Positions 8,908-18,415 of a stretch of 64,000 bases of DNA are shown here, in pieces (within the stretch, counting starts at the first letter, position 1; every line of letters begins with the position of its first letter). The translations under genes and the position numbers were made by a program. Under the pieces are notes generated by a model that searched no databases, was not told the DNA's origin, and saw nothing but the letters and a program-made list of their open reading frames with translations. The DNA is taken from sequence record SRR20825010_3726; one strand, 5' to 3'.

Positions 8908-10614
8908 TCAGCTTTCGGTGAGAATGCCGGATTTCTTAAGCCTGTAGGCGAGAGCGGGTCGCGTCAGGCCGAGGGTGCGCGCTGCGCGGGAAACGTTCTG
9001 GTTGGCGCCTTCCATGGCTCGCCGCATTAGCGTTTCTTCGACGTCGTCCAGGCCGATGCCATTGTCCAGAATCTGGCTGGCCCAGTCACCTGAGGAAGTT
9101 TCATCGGTCTTTTCAACAAGTTGCCCGTGACTGCCGACGATACCCTGGGGCTGGGTCGTCTGTGGGTCGGGAACACCTGCGAATAGTGATTCGCGGCTGA
9201 TGGACTCGTTATTGTCGGTCAGAATGACGCCACGCTCGATAACATTTTCAAGTTCCCGGATATTCCCCGGCCAATGATAATGCAAACAGAGTTCAAGGGC
9301 CTTGTCGGAGAGCCCGAGCGTTCGCTTGTTATACTCCGAATGAAATTTGTTTAGAAAATGTTCGGCCAGTAGTGGTAAGTCTTCCAGTCTTTCCTTTAGA
9401 GGCGGAATTTTAACTGGAAACACATTGAGCCGATAAAACAGGTCGGAGCGGAAACGACCCTCTTCCACGGCTTTTTCCAGGCTTTCGTTGGTGGCGGCAA
9501 TAACTCTTACATCGACAGCCCGTGTGCGGTTGTCACCCACTCGTTCCAGTTCCCCTTCCTGCAGAACCCTCAATAGGGTGGCCTGAGCTCGCGGCGTGAG
9601 TTCAACTACCTCGTCAAGAAAGATAGTGCCGGTATTGGCCCGTTCAAACCGGCCCGGTCGGGATTGGTTGGCACCGGTGTAGGCCCCTTTCTCCACGCCG
9701 AACAGTTCCGCTTCGATCAGGTCCGGGGGAATGGCGGCGCAGTTGACCGCGATAAAGGGTTTCTCGGCTCGTTCGCTGCGAAGATGAACGCTGCGGGCAA
9801 TCACTTCCTTGCCAACACCGGTTTCACCAAGCAATAAAACCGACACTTTGCCTTGAGCGGCTTTGTCGATCATTTTGCAGACCTTGTTGTAAGAAGTGGA
9901 CTGGCCAATGCCGTAATACTGCCCCTCCTGTTTTTTGAGGCTGCTGCGTAAAGAGTTGACCTGACTTTGGAGATCGTACAGCTCCTCCATAATCGCGTCT
10001 TCCTTGAAGTACTGAGCAAACTCGGCGGCATCCTCCCATTCAGATGCAGGTTTACCAACGATCATGCACTTTTCGTCGCCGCAGCCCCGGCAACTCACTT
10101 CACGAAAAATAATCTGGCGTCCCATAAAGGAGGACGTATACGCGCAGGCATACCCTAATAGAGACCAACAGGCAGGTTCATTCATCTGGCCCAATTCTGT
10201 CTGACAGATATCCACCTCAAAAGAATCAACCCACTCCAGTTCGCCATAGAAACTGCCAGAATCTTGGTCCATGTCGATTTCCATAGGGACGACTTTGACC
10301 ATGCCCTTGAGCGAATGGAGTTGTGGGCCGGCCAAAAAAATGTCCAGTTCACTGCACTGGGGGCGAAGTTTGCGGGCCAGCTCGGCATCTTTTAATCCGG
10401 ATTGGTAACCTAATCGCAGGAAAAAGCCCTTCGCACGATCAATACCCATGGTATTGACCATCTCACGTCGAAAAGCGGCCATGGCACTGACTTGCATCAG
10501 TAGCATGCGTTGCTCGCCAAACCAGATTTTGCCTTCCGTGCTCTGGAACCGGATCTGCTCCGTAAGATCCTGAAAATCCACATACTGCAATTGTGGTTTG
10601 TAGGTAATAGCCAT
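8908..10614 (-). CDS. dmpR: Phenol-responsive sigma54-dependent activator (DmpR/XylR/MopR family)
   Basis: XylR-N/V4R sensor (EGKIWFGEQRMLL, CWSLLGYACAY, CRGCG); AAA+ GETGVGKE, GAYTGA variant of GAFTGA, FLDEV; C-terminal HTH; start moved to ATG 10614 (MAITYKP). Confidence 0.93.
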   Translation of the reverse strand: MAITYKPQLQYVDFQDLTEQIRFQSTEGKIWFGEQRMLLMQVSAMAAFRREMVNTMGIDRAKGFFLRLGYQSGLKDAELARKLRPQCSELDIFLAGPQLHSLKGMVKVVPMEIDMDQDSGSFYGELEWVDSFEVDICQTELGQMNEPACWSLLGYACAYTSSFMGRQIIFREVSCRGCGDEKCMIVGKPASEWEDAAEFAQYFKEDAIMEELYDLQSQVNSLRSSLKKQEGQYYGIGQSTSYNKVCKMIDKAAQGKVSVLLLGETGVGKEVIARSVHLRSERAEKPFIAVNCAAIPPDLIEAELFGVEKGAYTGANQSRPGRFERANTGTIFLDEVVELTPRAQATLLRVLQEGELERVGDNRTRAVDVRVIAATNESLEKAVEEGRFRSDLFYRLNVFPVKIPPLKERLEDLPLLAEHFLNKFHSEYNKRTLGLSDKALELCLHYHWPGNIRELENVIERGVILTDNNESISRESLFAGVPDPQTTQPQGIVGSHGQLVEKTDETSSGDWASQILDNGIGLDDVEETLMRRAMEGANQNVSRAARTLGLTRPALAYRLKKSGILTES

Positions 10615-10768
10615 ACTCAGGAGCCCCGTTTGTAATTGTATGGGGTCGCGTCCTGGAAAGGTCGTCCAGCGCGAAGGCAGCCGAACGCCGCCTTTTTCAT
10701 ATAACACCCTATCCTTGTCACAAATCAATCAAATGATGAAATTTCAGGCGAAAGTCACGGTTGGCTGC

Positions 10769-10818
10769 TGATCTGAGCATTTGCTCAGATCACGATTTCA
10801 TGTTGATCAAATGATGAA
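10769..10818. promoter_or_regulatory. Tandem DmpR UAS of the Po-like promoter
   Basis: Perfect palindrome TGATCTGAGCA-TT-TGCTCAGATCA (10769-10792) and TTGATCAAATGATGAA (10803-10818), centres 30 bp apart. Confidence 0.8.
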
Positions 10819-10939
10819 AAATTCGTCTGGCTTCCTGATCTCACCCTTCGATAATCCACTCTGTATCAGCGCCCGCCTTTCTATATAAAGCCTTTTAAAA
10901 CAGAAGTCTGGGTTTTTATTGACGGCAGGTTTCGATGCT

Positions 10940-10955
10940 TGGCACAGCGGTTGCT
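10940..10955 (+). promoter_or_regulatory. sigma54 -24/-12 promoter (Po-like) of the phenol operon
   Basis: TGGCAC-AGCGG-TTGCT, 40 nt upstream of the dmpK ATG. Confidence 0.88.
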
Positions 10956-10995
10956 CCAGCTGTGGCAACCCATAACAAACACAAGGGTGTCAACG

Positions 10996-11247
10996 ATGAC
11001 TGAGCATGCAAAAAGCTTCGACGAGCTGACCCGCTACATCCGGGTCCGAAGTGGGCCAGAGGACAGATTCGTAGAGTTCGATTTTGCCATCGGACATCCC
11101 GAACTGTTTGTTGAGCTTGTCCTTCCCCGCGAAGCGTTCGAAATCTTCTGCAAGCACAACAATGTCGTTCACATGGATTCCGACATGATCCGCGAGATTG
11201 ATGCGGACATGGTCAAGTGGCGCTTCGGCGAGAAGGGTCACCGCTGA
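10996..11247 (+). CDS. dmpK: Phenol hydroxylase assembly subunit P0
   Basis: RYIRVR..FVEFDFAIGHPELFVELVLP.EAF..FC..N.V; ATG 10996. Confidence 0.92.
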   Translation: MTEHAKSFDELTRYIRVRSGPEDRFVEFDFAIGHPELFVELVLPREAFEIFCKHNNVVHMDSDMIREIDADMVKWRFGEKGHR

Positions 11248-11295
11248 ACGTCACCAAATCGATCATCCACTCAAAACAACAAACGGTAAGTTGAT

Positions 11296-12297
11296 ATGAG
11301 CATTGAGATCAAAACCAATTCGGTGGAACCCATCCGCCAGACATACGGGCACATCGCCCGTCGCTTCGGCGACAAGCCGGCCTCCCGCTACCAGGAAGCC
11401 AGCTATGACCTGGAAGCCAAAACCAACTTTCACTACCGCCCGCTGTGGGATTCAAAGCATACGCTGAACGACCCCACACGCACGTCGATCCGCATGGAAG
11501 ACTGGTACGCCGTCACCGATCCCCGCCAGTTCTACTACGGCGCCTATGTTGGTAACCGGGCCAAGATGCAGGAGGCCGCGGAGACCAGCTTCGGGTTCTG
11601 CGAAAAGCGCAATCTGCTGACCCGACTTCCCGAAGCCACTCAGAAGCAGATCCTGAGGTTGCTGGTGCCTCTGCGCCACGTGGAGCTGGGTGCCAACATG
11701 AACAACAGCAAGATCGCGGGCGATGTTAACGCCACGACGGTCTCGCAGATGCACATATATACCGCCATGGATCGCCTGGGCATTGGCCAGTACCTGTCTC
11801 GAATTGCCCTGATGCTGGATGGCAGTACCGGTGCAGCACTGGACGAATCCAAGTGCTACTGGATGGATGACGAGCTGTGGCAGCCAATGCGCAAGCTGGT
11901 GGAAGACACCCTGGTGGTGGATGACTGGTTCGAGTTGACGCTGGTCCAGAACGTGCTGGTGGATGGCCTGCTGTTTCCCCTGGTGTACGAGAGGATGGAC
12001 CAGTGGCTGGGCGAGCAGGATGCCGAAGATGTTTCCATGCTCACCGAATTCATGCGGGACTGGTACAAGGAATCCCTGCGCTGGACCAACGCCATGATCA
12101 AGGTTGTGGCAGCGGAAAGCGATGCCAACCGCGAACAGCTCCAGGCCTGGATCGATCAGTGGGAACCTCAGGTGTACAGCGCACTCAAGCCCCTGGCTGA
12201 GGCCAGCACCGGCATTGAGGCCCTGGATGAAACCCGCGCTCAACTCTCCACCCGACTCAAGAAATTCCAGCTGCAGAGCCAGGGAGTATCCGCATGA
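11296..12297 (+). CDS. dmpL: Phenol hydroxylase beta subunit P1
   Basis: MSIEIKT..V.PIRQTY.HIARRFGDKPASRYQEA..NFHYRPLWD; position in operon. Confidence 0.95.
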   Translation: MSIEIKTNSVEPIRQTYGHIARRFGDKPASRYQEASYDLEAKTNFHYRPLWDSKHTLNDPTRTSIRMEDWYAVTDPRQFYYGAYVGNRAKMQEAAETSFGFCEKRNLLTRLPEATQKQILRLLVPLRHVELGANMNNSKIAGDVNATTVSQMHIYTAMDRLGIGQYLSRIALMLDGSTGAALDESKCYWMDDELWQPMRKLVEDTLVVDDWFELTLVQNVLVDGLLFPLVYERMDQWLGEQDAEDVSMLTEFMRDWYKESLRWTNAMIKVVAAESDANREQLQAWIDQWEPQVYSALKPLAEASTGIEALDETRAQLSTRLKKFQLQSQGVSA

Positions 12298-12563
12298 GCC
12301 AGCTCGTATTTATTGCCTTTCAGGACAACGACAACGCCCGCTACCTGGTGGAAGCCATCGCCGAAGACAATCCGGAAGCGGAAGTTCAGCACCAGCCGGC
12401 AATGATCCGGATCCAGGCCGAGAAGCGCCTGGTGATCAACCGGGAAACGATGGAAGAGAAGCTCGGTCGCGAATGGGATGTTCAGGAAATGCTCATCGAC
12501 GTGATCAGTATCGGCGGCAATGTCGACGAAGACGACGACCACTTCATTCTTCAGTGGACCTAA
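12294..12563 (+). CDS. dmpM: Phenol hydroxylase regulatory subunit P2 (MmoB/DmpM family)
   Basis: 89 aa, LVFIAFQDND.AR..VEAI..DNP; ATGA overlap with dmpL. Confidence 0.95.
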   Translation: MSQLVFIAFQDNDNARYLVEAIAEDNPEAEVQHQPAMIRIQAEKRLVINRETMEEKLGREWDVQEMLIDVISIGGNVDEDDDHFILQWT

Positions 12564-12577
12564 TTGGGAGACTTATC

Positions 12578-14125
12578 ATGGCTGTTAAAAACAAGAAGCT
12601 GAATCTCAAGGACAAGTACCAGTACCTGACCCGGGACATGGCCTGGGAACCAACCTATCAAAAGAAGAAGGACATTTTCCCGGACGAGGACTTTGAAGGT
12701 ATCAAGATTACCGACTGGTCCCAATGGGAAGATCCATTCCGTCTGACCATGGACGCCTACTGGAAGTACCAGGCTGAAAAAGAGAAAAAGCTGTACGCCA
12801 TTTTCGATGCCTTTGCCCAGAACAACGGCCACCAGAACATTTCGGACGGCCGTTATGTGAATGCGCTGAAACTGTTCCTGACCGGTGTGTCGCCCCTGGA
12901 ACACGCGGCTTTCCAGGGCTACGCCAAGGTGGGGCGCCAGTTCAGTGGCGCCGGAGCCAGGGTGGCGTGCCAGATGCAGTCCATTGACGAGCTGCGCCAT
13001 TCACAGACCCAGCAGCATGCGATGAGCCATTACAACAAGCATTTTAATGGCCTGCACGATGCGGCTTACATGCACGACCGGGTGTGGTTTCTGTCCGTAC
13101 CCAAGTCGTTCTTCGATGATGCCCGTTCGGCCGGTCCGTTCGAGTTTCTGACTGCAATTTCGTTCTCGTTCGAGTATGTGCTGACTAACCTTTTGTTCGT
13201 TCCGTTCATGTCCGGTGCTGCTTATAACGGCGACATGGCCACCGTCACCTTTGGTTTCTCGGCGCAGTCCGACGAAGCACGGCACATGACCCTGGGCCTT
13301 GAAGTGATCAAGTTCATCCTCGAACAGCATGAGGACAATGTGCCGATCGTACAGCGCTGGATCGACAAGTGGTTCTGGCGCGGTTTCCGCCTGCTGAGCC
13401 TAGTCAGCATGATGATGGACTACATGCTGCCGAACAAGGTCATGTCCTGGTCGGAAGCCTGGGAAGTGTATTACGAGCAAAACGGCGGCGCCCTGTTCAA
13501 AGACCTTGAGCGCTACGGCATCCGCCCGCCCAAATATCAGGATGTGGCCAACGATGCCAAGCACCACATCAGCCATCAGCTATGGGGCACGTTCTACCAG
13601 TACAGCCAGGCCACCAACTTCCATACCTGGATTCCCGGTAAGGAAGAAATGGACTGGATGTCCGAGAAGTATCCGGAGACTTTCGACAAGTACTACCGCC
13701 CGCGCTACGAGCATTGGGCCAAAGAGCATGCTGAAGGCCGCCGCTTCTACAACAACACCCTGCCGCAACTGTGCCAGGTATGCCAGGTACCGACGCTGTT
13801 TACCGAGATGGGCGAGCCCACCAAGCTCAGCCACCGCCAGATGAACTACGAAGGTGAGCGTTACCACTTCTGCTCGGAAGCCTGCTGCGACATCTTCAAG
13901 CACGAGCCGGAGAAGTACGTTCAGGCGTGGTTGCCGGTACACCAGATCTACCAGGGCAACTGTGAAGGTGGCGACGTCGAGACGGTGGTTCAGAAGTACT
14001 ACCACATCAACATTGGCGAGGACAATTTCGAGTATGTCGGCTCGCCGGACCACAAACGCTGGTTGTCCATCAAGGGCAAGTCGTCTGATGACAAGGCTGA
14101 AGGGTCCAAGCAGGACGCGGCCTGA
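12578..14125 (+). CDS. dmpN: Phenol hydroxylase alpha (diiron) subunit P3
   Basis: Two DExRH motifs (DELRH, DEARH), WEDPFRLTMDAYWKYQ, C-terminal YHS-like region; start ATG 12578 after GGGAG. Confidence 0.96.
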   Translation: MAVKNKKLNLKDKYQYLTRDMAWEPTYQKKKDIFPDEDFEGIKITDWSQWEDPFRLTMDAYWKYQAEKEKKLYAIFDAFAQNNGHQNISDGRYVNALKLFLTGVSPLEHAAFQGYAKVGRQFSGAGARVACQMQSIDELRHSQTQQHAMSHYNKHFNGLHDAAYMHDRVWFLSVPKSFFDDARSAGPFEFLTAISFSFEYVLTNLLFVPFMSGAAYNGDMATVTFGFSAQSDEARHMTLGLEVIKFILEQHEDNVPIVQRWIDKWFWRGFRLLSLVSMMMDYMLPNKVMSWSEAWEVYYEQNGGALFKDLERYGIRPPKYQDVANDAKHHISHQLWGTFYQYSQATNFHTWIPGKEEMDWMSEKYPETFDKYYRPRYEHWAKEHAEGRRFYNNTLPQLCQVCQVPTLFTEMGEPTKLSHRQMNYEGERYHFCSEACCDIFKHEPEKYVQAWLPVHQIYQGNCEGGDVETVVQKYYHINIGEDNFEYVGSPDHKRWLSIKGKSSDDKAEGSKQDAA

Positions 14126-14191
14126 TACGGAGATTACCCGGTGTCATCTGACGCCGGGTGATTCACCCGCAAAAACAACAAGGTGACCACC

Positions 14192-14551
14192 ATGAGTGTT
14201 AACGCTTTATACGACTACAAGTTTGAACCACGGGATAAGGTCGAGAACTTCAACGGCATGCAGTTGCTGTATGTACTCTGGCCGAATCATCTGATGTTCT
14301 GTGCTCCGTTTGCCCTGCTGGTGCAACCGGACATGACCTTCGGAGCCATGGTTGAAGAGATCCTGAAACCGGCTACGGCATCCCATCCGGATTCAGCGAA
14401 CGCTGACTTCCTGGCGGCGCAGTGGCTGCTGAATGATGAACCGTTTACGCCGGATGTTGATGCCAGCCTCAAAGACAATGGCATTGATCACAAGAGCATG
14501 CTGACGGTAACCACGCCGGGCCTTAATGGCCTTGCCGGCGCCGGATTCTGA
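14192..14551 (+). CDS. dmpO: Phenol hydroxylase gamma subunit P4
   Basis: Y.FEPRD.VENF.G.QLLYV.W..HLMFCAP, HPD, TPGL.G. Confidence 0.93.
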   Translation: MSVNALYDYKFEPRDKVENFNGMQLLYVLWPNHLMFCAPFALLVQPDMTFGAMVEEILKPATASHPDSANADFLAAQWLLNDEPFTPDVDASLKDNGIDHKSMLTVTTPGLNGLAGAGF

Positions 14552-14561
14552 GGGTAGCGCT

Positions 14562-15623
14562 ATGAGTCACACCGTTACTATCGAACCCATTGGTGAACAG
14601 ATTGAGGTCGAGGATGGCCAGACCATCCTGGCCGCCGCTTTGCGCCAGGGTGTCTGGCTGCCTTTTGCGTGCGGCCACGGCACCTGTGCCACCTGCAAGG
14701 TCCAGGTCATCGAGGGCGATGTTGAAATCGGCGATGCCTCGCCCTTTGCCCTGATGGATGTGGAACGGGACGAAGGCAAGGTGCTGGCCTGCTGTGCCAC
14801 CGTTGAAAGCGACGTCACCATCGAGGCGGATATCGATGTCGACGAAGACTTCGAGGGCTATCCGGTGGAGGACTACACCGCAACCGTCACAGACATCGTC
14901 GAGTTGTCTCCGACCATCAAGGGCATCCGCCTGAAGCTCGACCGCCCGATGACCTTCCAGGCCGGCCAGTACATCAATATCGAACTGCCGGGCGTTGATG
15001 GCGCGAGGGCCTTCTCCCTGGCCAATCCGCCGAGCAAGGCGGATGAGGTAGAGCTTCATGTGCGACTGGTCGAGGGCGGTGCCGCAACCACCTACATTCA
15101 CCAGCAACTGAACGTGGGTGAGCAACTGCATCTGTCAGGTCCATACGGCCAGTTTTTCGTGCGCAGTTCGCAGCCCGGCAACCTGATTTTCATTGCCGGC
15201 GGCTCCGGTCTCTCCAGCCCGCAATCCATGGTCATCGACCTGCTGGAGCAGGGCGATGACCGCCAGATCACCCTGTTCCAGGGTGCCCGTAACCTTGCCG
15301 AGCTATACAACCGTGAGCTGTTCGAAGGCCTGGCCCGGGACAACGACAACTTCACCTACGTGCCGGCGCTGAGCCAGGCGGACGAAGACGGTGAGTGGTC
15401 TGGATTCCGGGGCTATGTACACGATGCGGCCAGGGAACACTTCGATGGTCGTTTTGCCGAGCACAAGGCCTATCTGTGCGGGCCGCCGCCGATGATCGAT
15501 GCGGCGATTACCGCATTGATGCAGGGTCGGCTGTTTGAGCGGGACATCTTCATGGAGAAGTTCCTGACTGCGGCAGATGGCGCGGAAGAAACCCAGCGTT
15601 CAGCCCTGTTTAAGAAGATCTGA
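14562..15623 (+). CDS. dmpP: Phenol hydroxylase reductase P5 (2Fe-2S / FAD / NAD)
   Basis: ACGHGTCATCK..LACC ferredoxin, RAFSLAN, AGGSGLS, YLCGPP. Confidence 0.95.
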   Translation: MSHTVTIEPIGEQIEVEDGQTILAAALRQGVWLPFACGHGTCATCKVQVIEGDVEIGDASPFALMDVERDEGKVLACCATVESDVTIEADIDVDEDFEGYPVEDYTATVTDIVELSPTIKGIRLKLDRPMTFQAGQYINIELPGVDGARAFSLANPPSKADEVELHVRLVEGGAATTYIHQQLNVGEQLHLSGPYGQFFVRSSQPGNLIFIAGGSGLSSPQSMVIDLLEQGDDRQITLFQGARNLAELYNRELFEGLARDNDNFTYVPALSQADEDGEWSGFRGYVHDAAREHFDGRFAEHKAYLCGPPPMIDAAITALMQGRLFERDIFMEKFLTAADGAEETQRSALFKKI

Positions 15624-15636
15624 CCGGAGGTGCGAT

Positions 15637-15972
15637 ATGGCTCAGGTCTATCGGATAACCGAGCAGTGCAGCGGCAAGTCTTTTGAATGCGAGGCCGGCC
15701 AGAGTGTGCTCAAGGCGATGGAACAACGGGGCATGAAGTGCGTGCCCGTGGGCTGCCGGGGCGGTGGCTGCGGCTACTGCAAGATCCAGGTTCTGGCAGG
15801 AGAGTTCGAGTGCGGAAAGATGAGCAAGGTCCATGTTCCGCCGGAAGCCTTGGAGAAAAGGGAAGTCCTGGCCTGCCGGGTGTATCCCCTGACTGATTTG
15901 ACCATCGAGTGCCGGCCGCCATCGCAGCCCGCACTCGCAAGTAAGCAGACAAAAACAACAGCGTTGAGGTAA
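15637..15972 (+). CDS. dmpQ: XylT/DmpQ-type 2Fe-2S ferredoxin (catechol 2,3-dioxygenase reactivation)
   Basis: [24 protein letters not shown] 15637 after GGAGG. Confidence 0.92.
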   Translation: MAQVYRITEQCSGKSFECEAGQSVLKAMEQRGMKCVPVGCRGGGCGYCKIQVLAGEFECGKMSKVHVPPEALEKREVLACRVYPLTDLTIECRPPSQPALASKQTKTTALR

Positions 15973-15977
15973 CTGTC

Positions 15978-16901
15978 ATGAAAAAAGGTGTAATGCGTCC
16001 CGGCCATGTCCAGATCCGTGTTCTCGATATGGATGAAGCCGTCAAACACTACACGGACCTGATGGGTCTGATTGAAACCGACCGTGACGACCAGGGGAGG
16101 GTGTATCTAAAGGCCTGGTCCGAAGTGGACAAGTTCTCTGTGGTCCTGCGCGAAGCGGACGAACCGGGCTGTGACTTCATGGGCTTCAAGGTGGTCGATG
16201 AGGCGGCGCTGGTTCAACTTGAGAAAGACCTGGTGGACTTTGGCGTGGCTGTCGAGCAGATCCCCGAGGGTGACTTGAAAGACTGTGGCCGCCGGGTTCG
16301 TTTTACCGTGCCTTCCGGTCACGCCTTCGAACTCTATGCCGACAAGCTCTACACCGGCAAATGGGGCATCAATAACGTTAACCCTGAAGCATGGCCCCGT
16401 GGCCTGGACGGTATGAAGGCCGTTCGGTTTGATCACTGTCTGTTTTACGGGCCTGAACTGGCGGCGGTGTACGACATCTTCGTGAACGTGCTTGGGTTCC
16501 ATCTCGCAGAGCAGGTTCTGGATGGCGACGGCACTCGTATTTCCCAGTTCCTGACCGTGTCCATGAAGGAGCACGACATTGCCTTCATTCACCACGAGGA
16601 GAAGGGCAAGTTCCATCACGCCTCTTTCTTCCTGGAGACTTGGGAAGACGTACTGCGCGCCGCGGACCTGATCTCCATGACTGATACCTCCATCGATATC
16701 GGCCCGACTCGTCACGGCCTGACCCACGGCAAGACTATCTACTTCTTCGACCCGTCCGGTAACCGTAACGAGGTGTTCTGTGGTGGTGACTACATCTACC
16801 CGGATCACAAACCGGTGACTTGGCAGGCCGAGCAGTTGGGTAAGGCCATTTTCTACCACGACCGGGTGCTGAACGAACGGTTTCTTACGGTTTTGACCTG
16901 A
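15978..16901 (+). CDS. dmpB: Catechol 2,3-dioxygenase (XylE-like)
   Basis: [52 protein letters not shown]. Confidence 0.97.
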   Translation: MKKGVMRPGHVQIRVLDMDEAVKHYTDLMGLIETDRDDQGRVYLKAWSEVDKFSVVLREADEPGCDFMGFKVVDEAALVQLEKDLVDFGVAVEQIPEGDLKDCGRRVRFTVPSGHAFELYADKLYTGKWGINNVNPEAWPRGLDGMKAVRFDHCLFYGPELAAVYDIFVNVLGFHLAEQVLDGDGTRISQFLTVSMKEHDIAFIHHEEKGKFHHASFFLETWEDVLRAADLISMTDTSIDIGPTRHGLTHGKTIYFFDPSGNRNEVFCGGDYIYPDHKPVTWQAEQLGKAIFYHDRVLNERFLTVLT

Positions 16902-16947
16902 CTTTTTAACAGCTCAACAGGGCCATACAGAACAGGATTAGGCAGCA

Positions 16948-18408
16948 ATGAAAGACATCAAACACTACATCAACGGGCAGTATGTTGGTTCCGCCAGCGG
17001 CAAGCTGTTCGACAACGTTAACCCGGCAAACGGCAAAGTGATCAGCAAAGTTCACGAAGCCGGCCGGGAGGAAGTGGACACCGCAGTCAACGCCGCGAAA
17101 GCGGCCCTGCGCGGCCCCTGGGGCAAGATGACACTGGAGGAGCGCACCGGCATCCTGCACAAGGTGGCTGACGGCATCAACGCCCGGTTCGATGAGTTCC
17201 TCGATGCGGAATGCCTGGATACCGGCAAGCCGAAATCCCTGGCGAGCCACATCGATATTCCTCGAGGCGCCGCCAACTTCAAAGTGTTCGCGGACATGAT
17301 CAAGAACGTGCCCACGGAATCCTTCGAAATGCCCACGCCGGACGGCACCGGCGCGCTGAACTACGCCGTACGCCGCCCCAAGGGCGTGATCGGGGTGATC
17401 AGCCCCTGGAACCTGCCATTGCTGCTGATGACTTGGAAAGTCGGGCCTGCTCTGGCCTGTGGCAACACCGTGGTGGTCAAGCCCTCCGAGGAAACCCCCA
17501 CCACCACCGTCCTGCTGGGCGAAGTGATGAAAGACTCTGGCGTACCGGACGGGGTGTTCAACGTGGTTCACGGCTTCGGTGGGGATTCCGCCGGGGCTTT
17601 CCTCACCGAGCATCCGTTGGTGGATGGTTTCACCTTTACCGGCGAGACCGGCACCGGCGAAGTCATCATGAAGGCTGCCGCCAAGGGCATCCGGGATATC
17701 TCCCTGGAGCTGGGTGGCAAGAACGCCGGCCTGGTGTTCGCCGACTGCGATATGGACAAGGCTATTGAGGGCACCATGCGCTCAGCCTTCGCCAACTGTG
17801 GCCAGGTTTGCCTGGGCACCGAGCGGGTTTACGTCGAGCGTTCCATCTTCGACGAGTTCGTTGGCCGACTGAAAGAAGCCGCAGAAGGCATGAAGATTGG
17901 TCCGCCGGATGATGCCGAGGCGGATATGGGGCCACTGGTCAGCCTCAAACACCGGGAAAAGGTTCTGTCCTATTACCAGAAAGCCGTTGATGACGGTGCC
18001 ACGGTAGTGACCGGTGGTGGCGTTCCCGATATGCCGGAGGAGCTGGTCGGCGGTGCCTGGGTTCAGCCCACCATCTGGACCGGTTTGCCGGAAAGTTCGA
18101 CGGTGATTACCGATGAAATCTTCGGCCCCTGTGTCCACCTGTGCCCGTTCGACACCGAAGAGGAAGCTATCGAACTGGCCAACAGCCTTCCTTACGGACT
18201 GGCATCAGCAATCTGGAGCGAGAACATTACCCGCGCTCACCGAGTCGCAGGCCAGATCGAAGCCGGCATCATCTGGGTCAACAGCTGGTTCCTGCGGGAT
18301 CTGCGCACACCCTTCGGCGGCAGCAAACAGTCCGGCATAGGCCGCGAGGGTGGTGTGCACTCCCTGGAGTTCTACACCGAGATGAAAAACATCTGTGTGA
18401 AATTGTGA
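16948..18408 (+). CDS. dmpC: 2-hydroxymuconic semialdehyde dehydrogenase
   Basis: ALDH motifs SPWNLP, FTGETGTG, LELGGKN, GQVCLG, WFLRDLRTPFGG. Confidence 0.95.
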   Translation: MKDIKHYINGQYVGSASGKLFDNVNPANGKVISKVHEAGREEVDTAVNAAKAALRGPWGKMTLEERTGILHKVADGINARFDEFLDAECLDTGKPKSLASHIDIPRGAANFKVFADMIKNVPTESFEMPTPDGTGALNYAVRRPKGVIGVISPWNLPLLLMTWKVGPALACGNTVVVKPSEETPTTTVLLGEVMKDSGVPDGVFNVVHGFGGDSAGAFLTEHPLVDGFTFTGETGTGEVIMKAAAKGIRDISLELGGKNAGLVFADCDMDKAIEGTMRSAFANCGQVCLGTERVYVERSIFDEFVGRLKEAAEGMKIGPPDDAEADMGPLVSLKHREKVLSYYQKAVDDGATVVTGGGVPDMPEELVGGAWVQPTIWTGLPESSTVITDEIFGPCVHLCPFDTEEEAIELANSLPYGLASAIWSENITRAHRVAGQIEAGIIWVNSWFLRDLRTPFGGSKQSGIGREGGVHSLEFYTEMKNICVKL

Positions 18409-18415
18409 GTTGACC

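Noticed and set aside
10615-10728. 38-aa N-terminal extension of DmpR
   Set aside because: Homology starts at MAITYKP; the extension runs through the regulatory region
12104-12577. 158-aa N-terminal extension of dmpN in the ORF track, suggesting a fusion
   Set aside because: Overlaps dmpL and dmpM in other frames; DmpN homology and an RBS begin at ATG 12578
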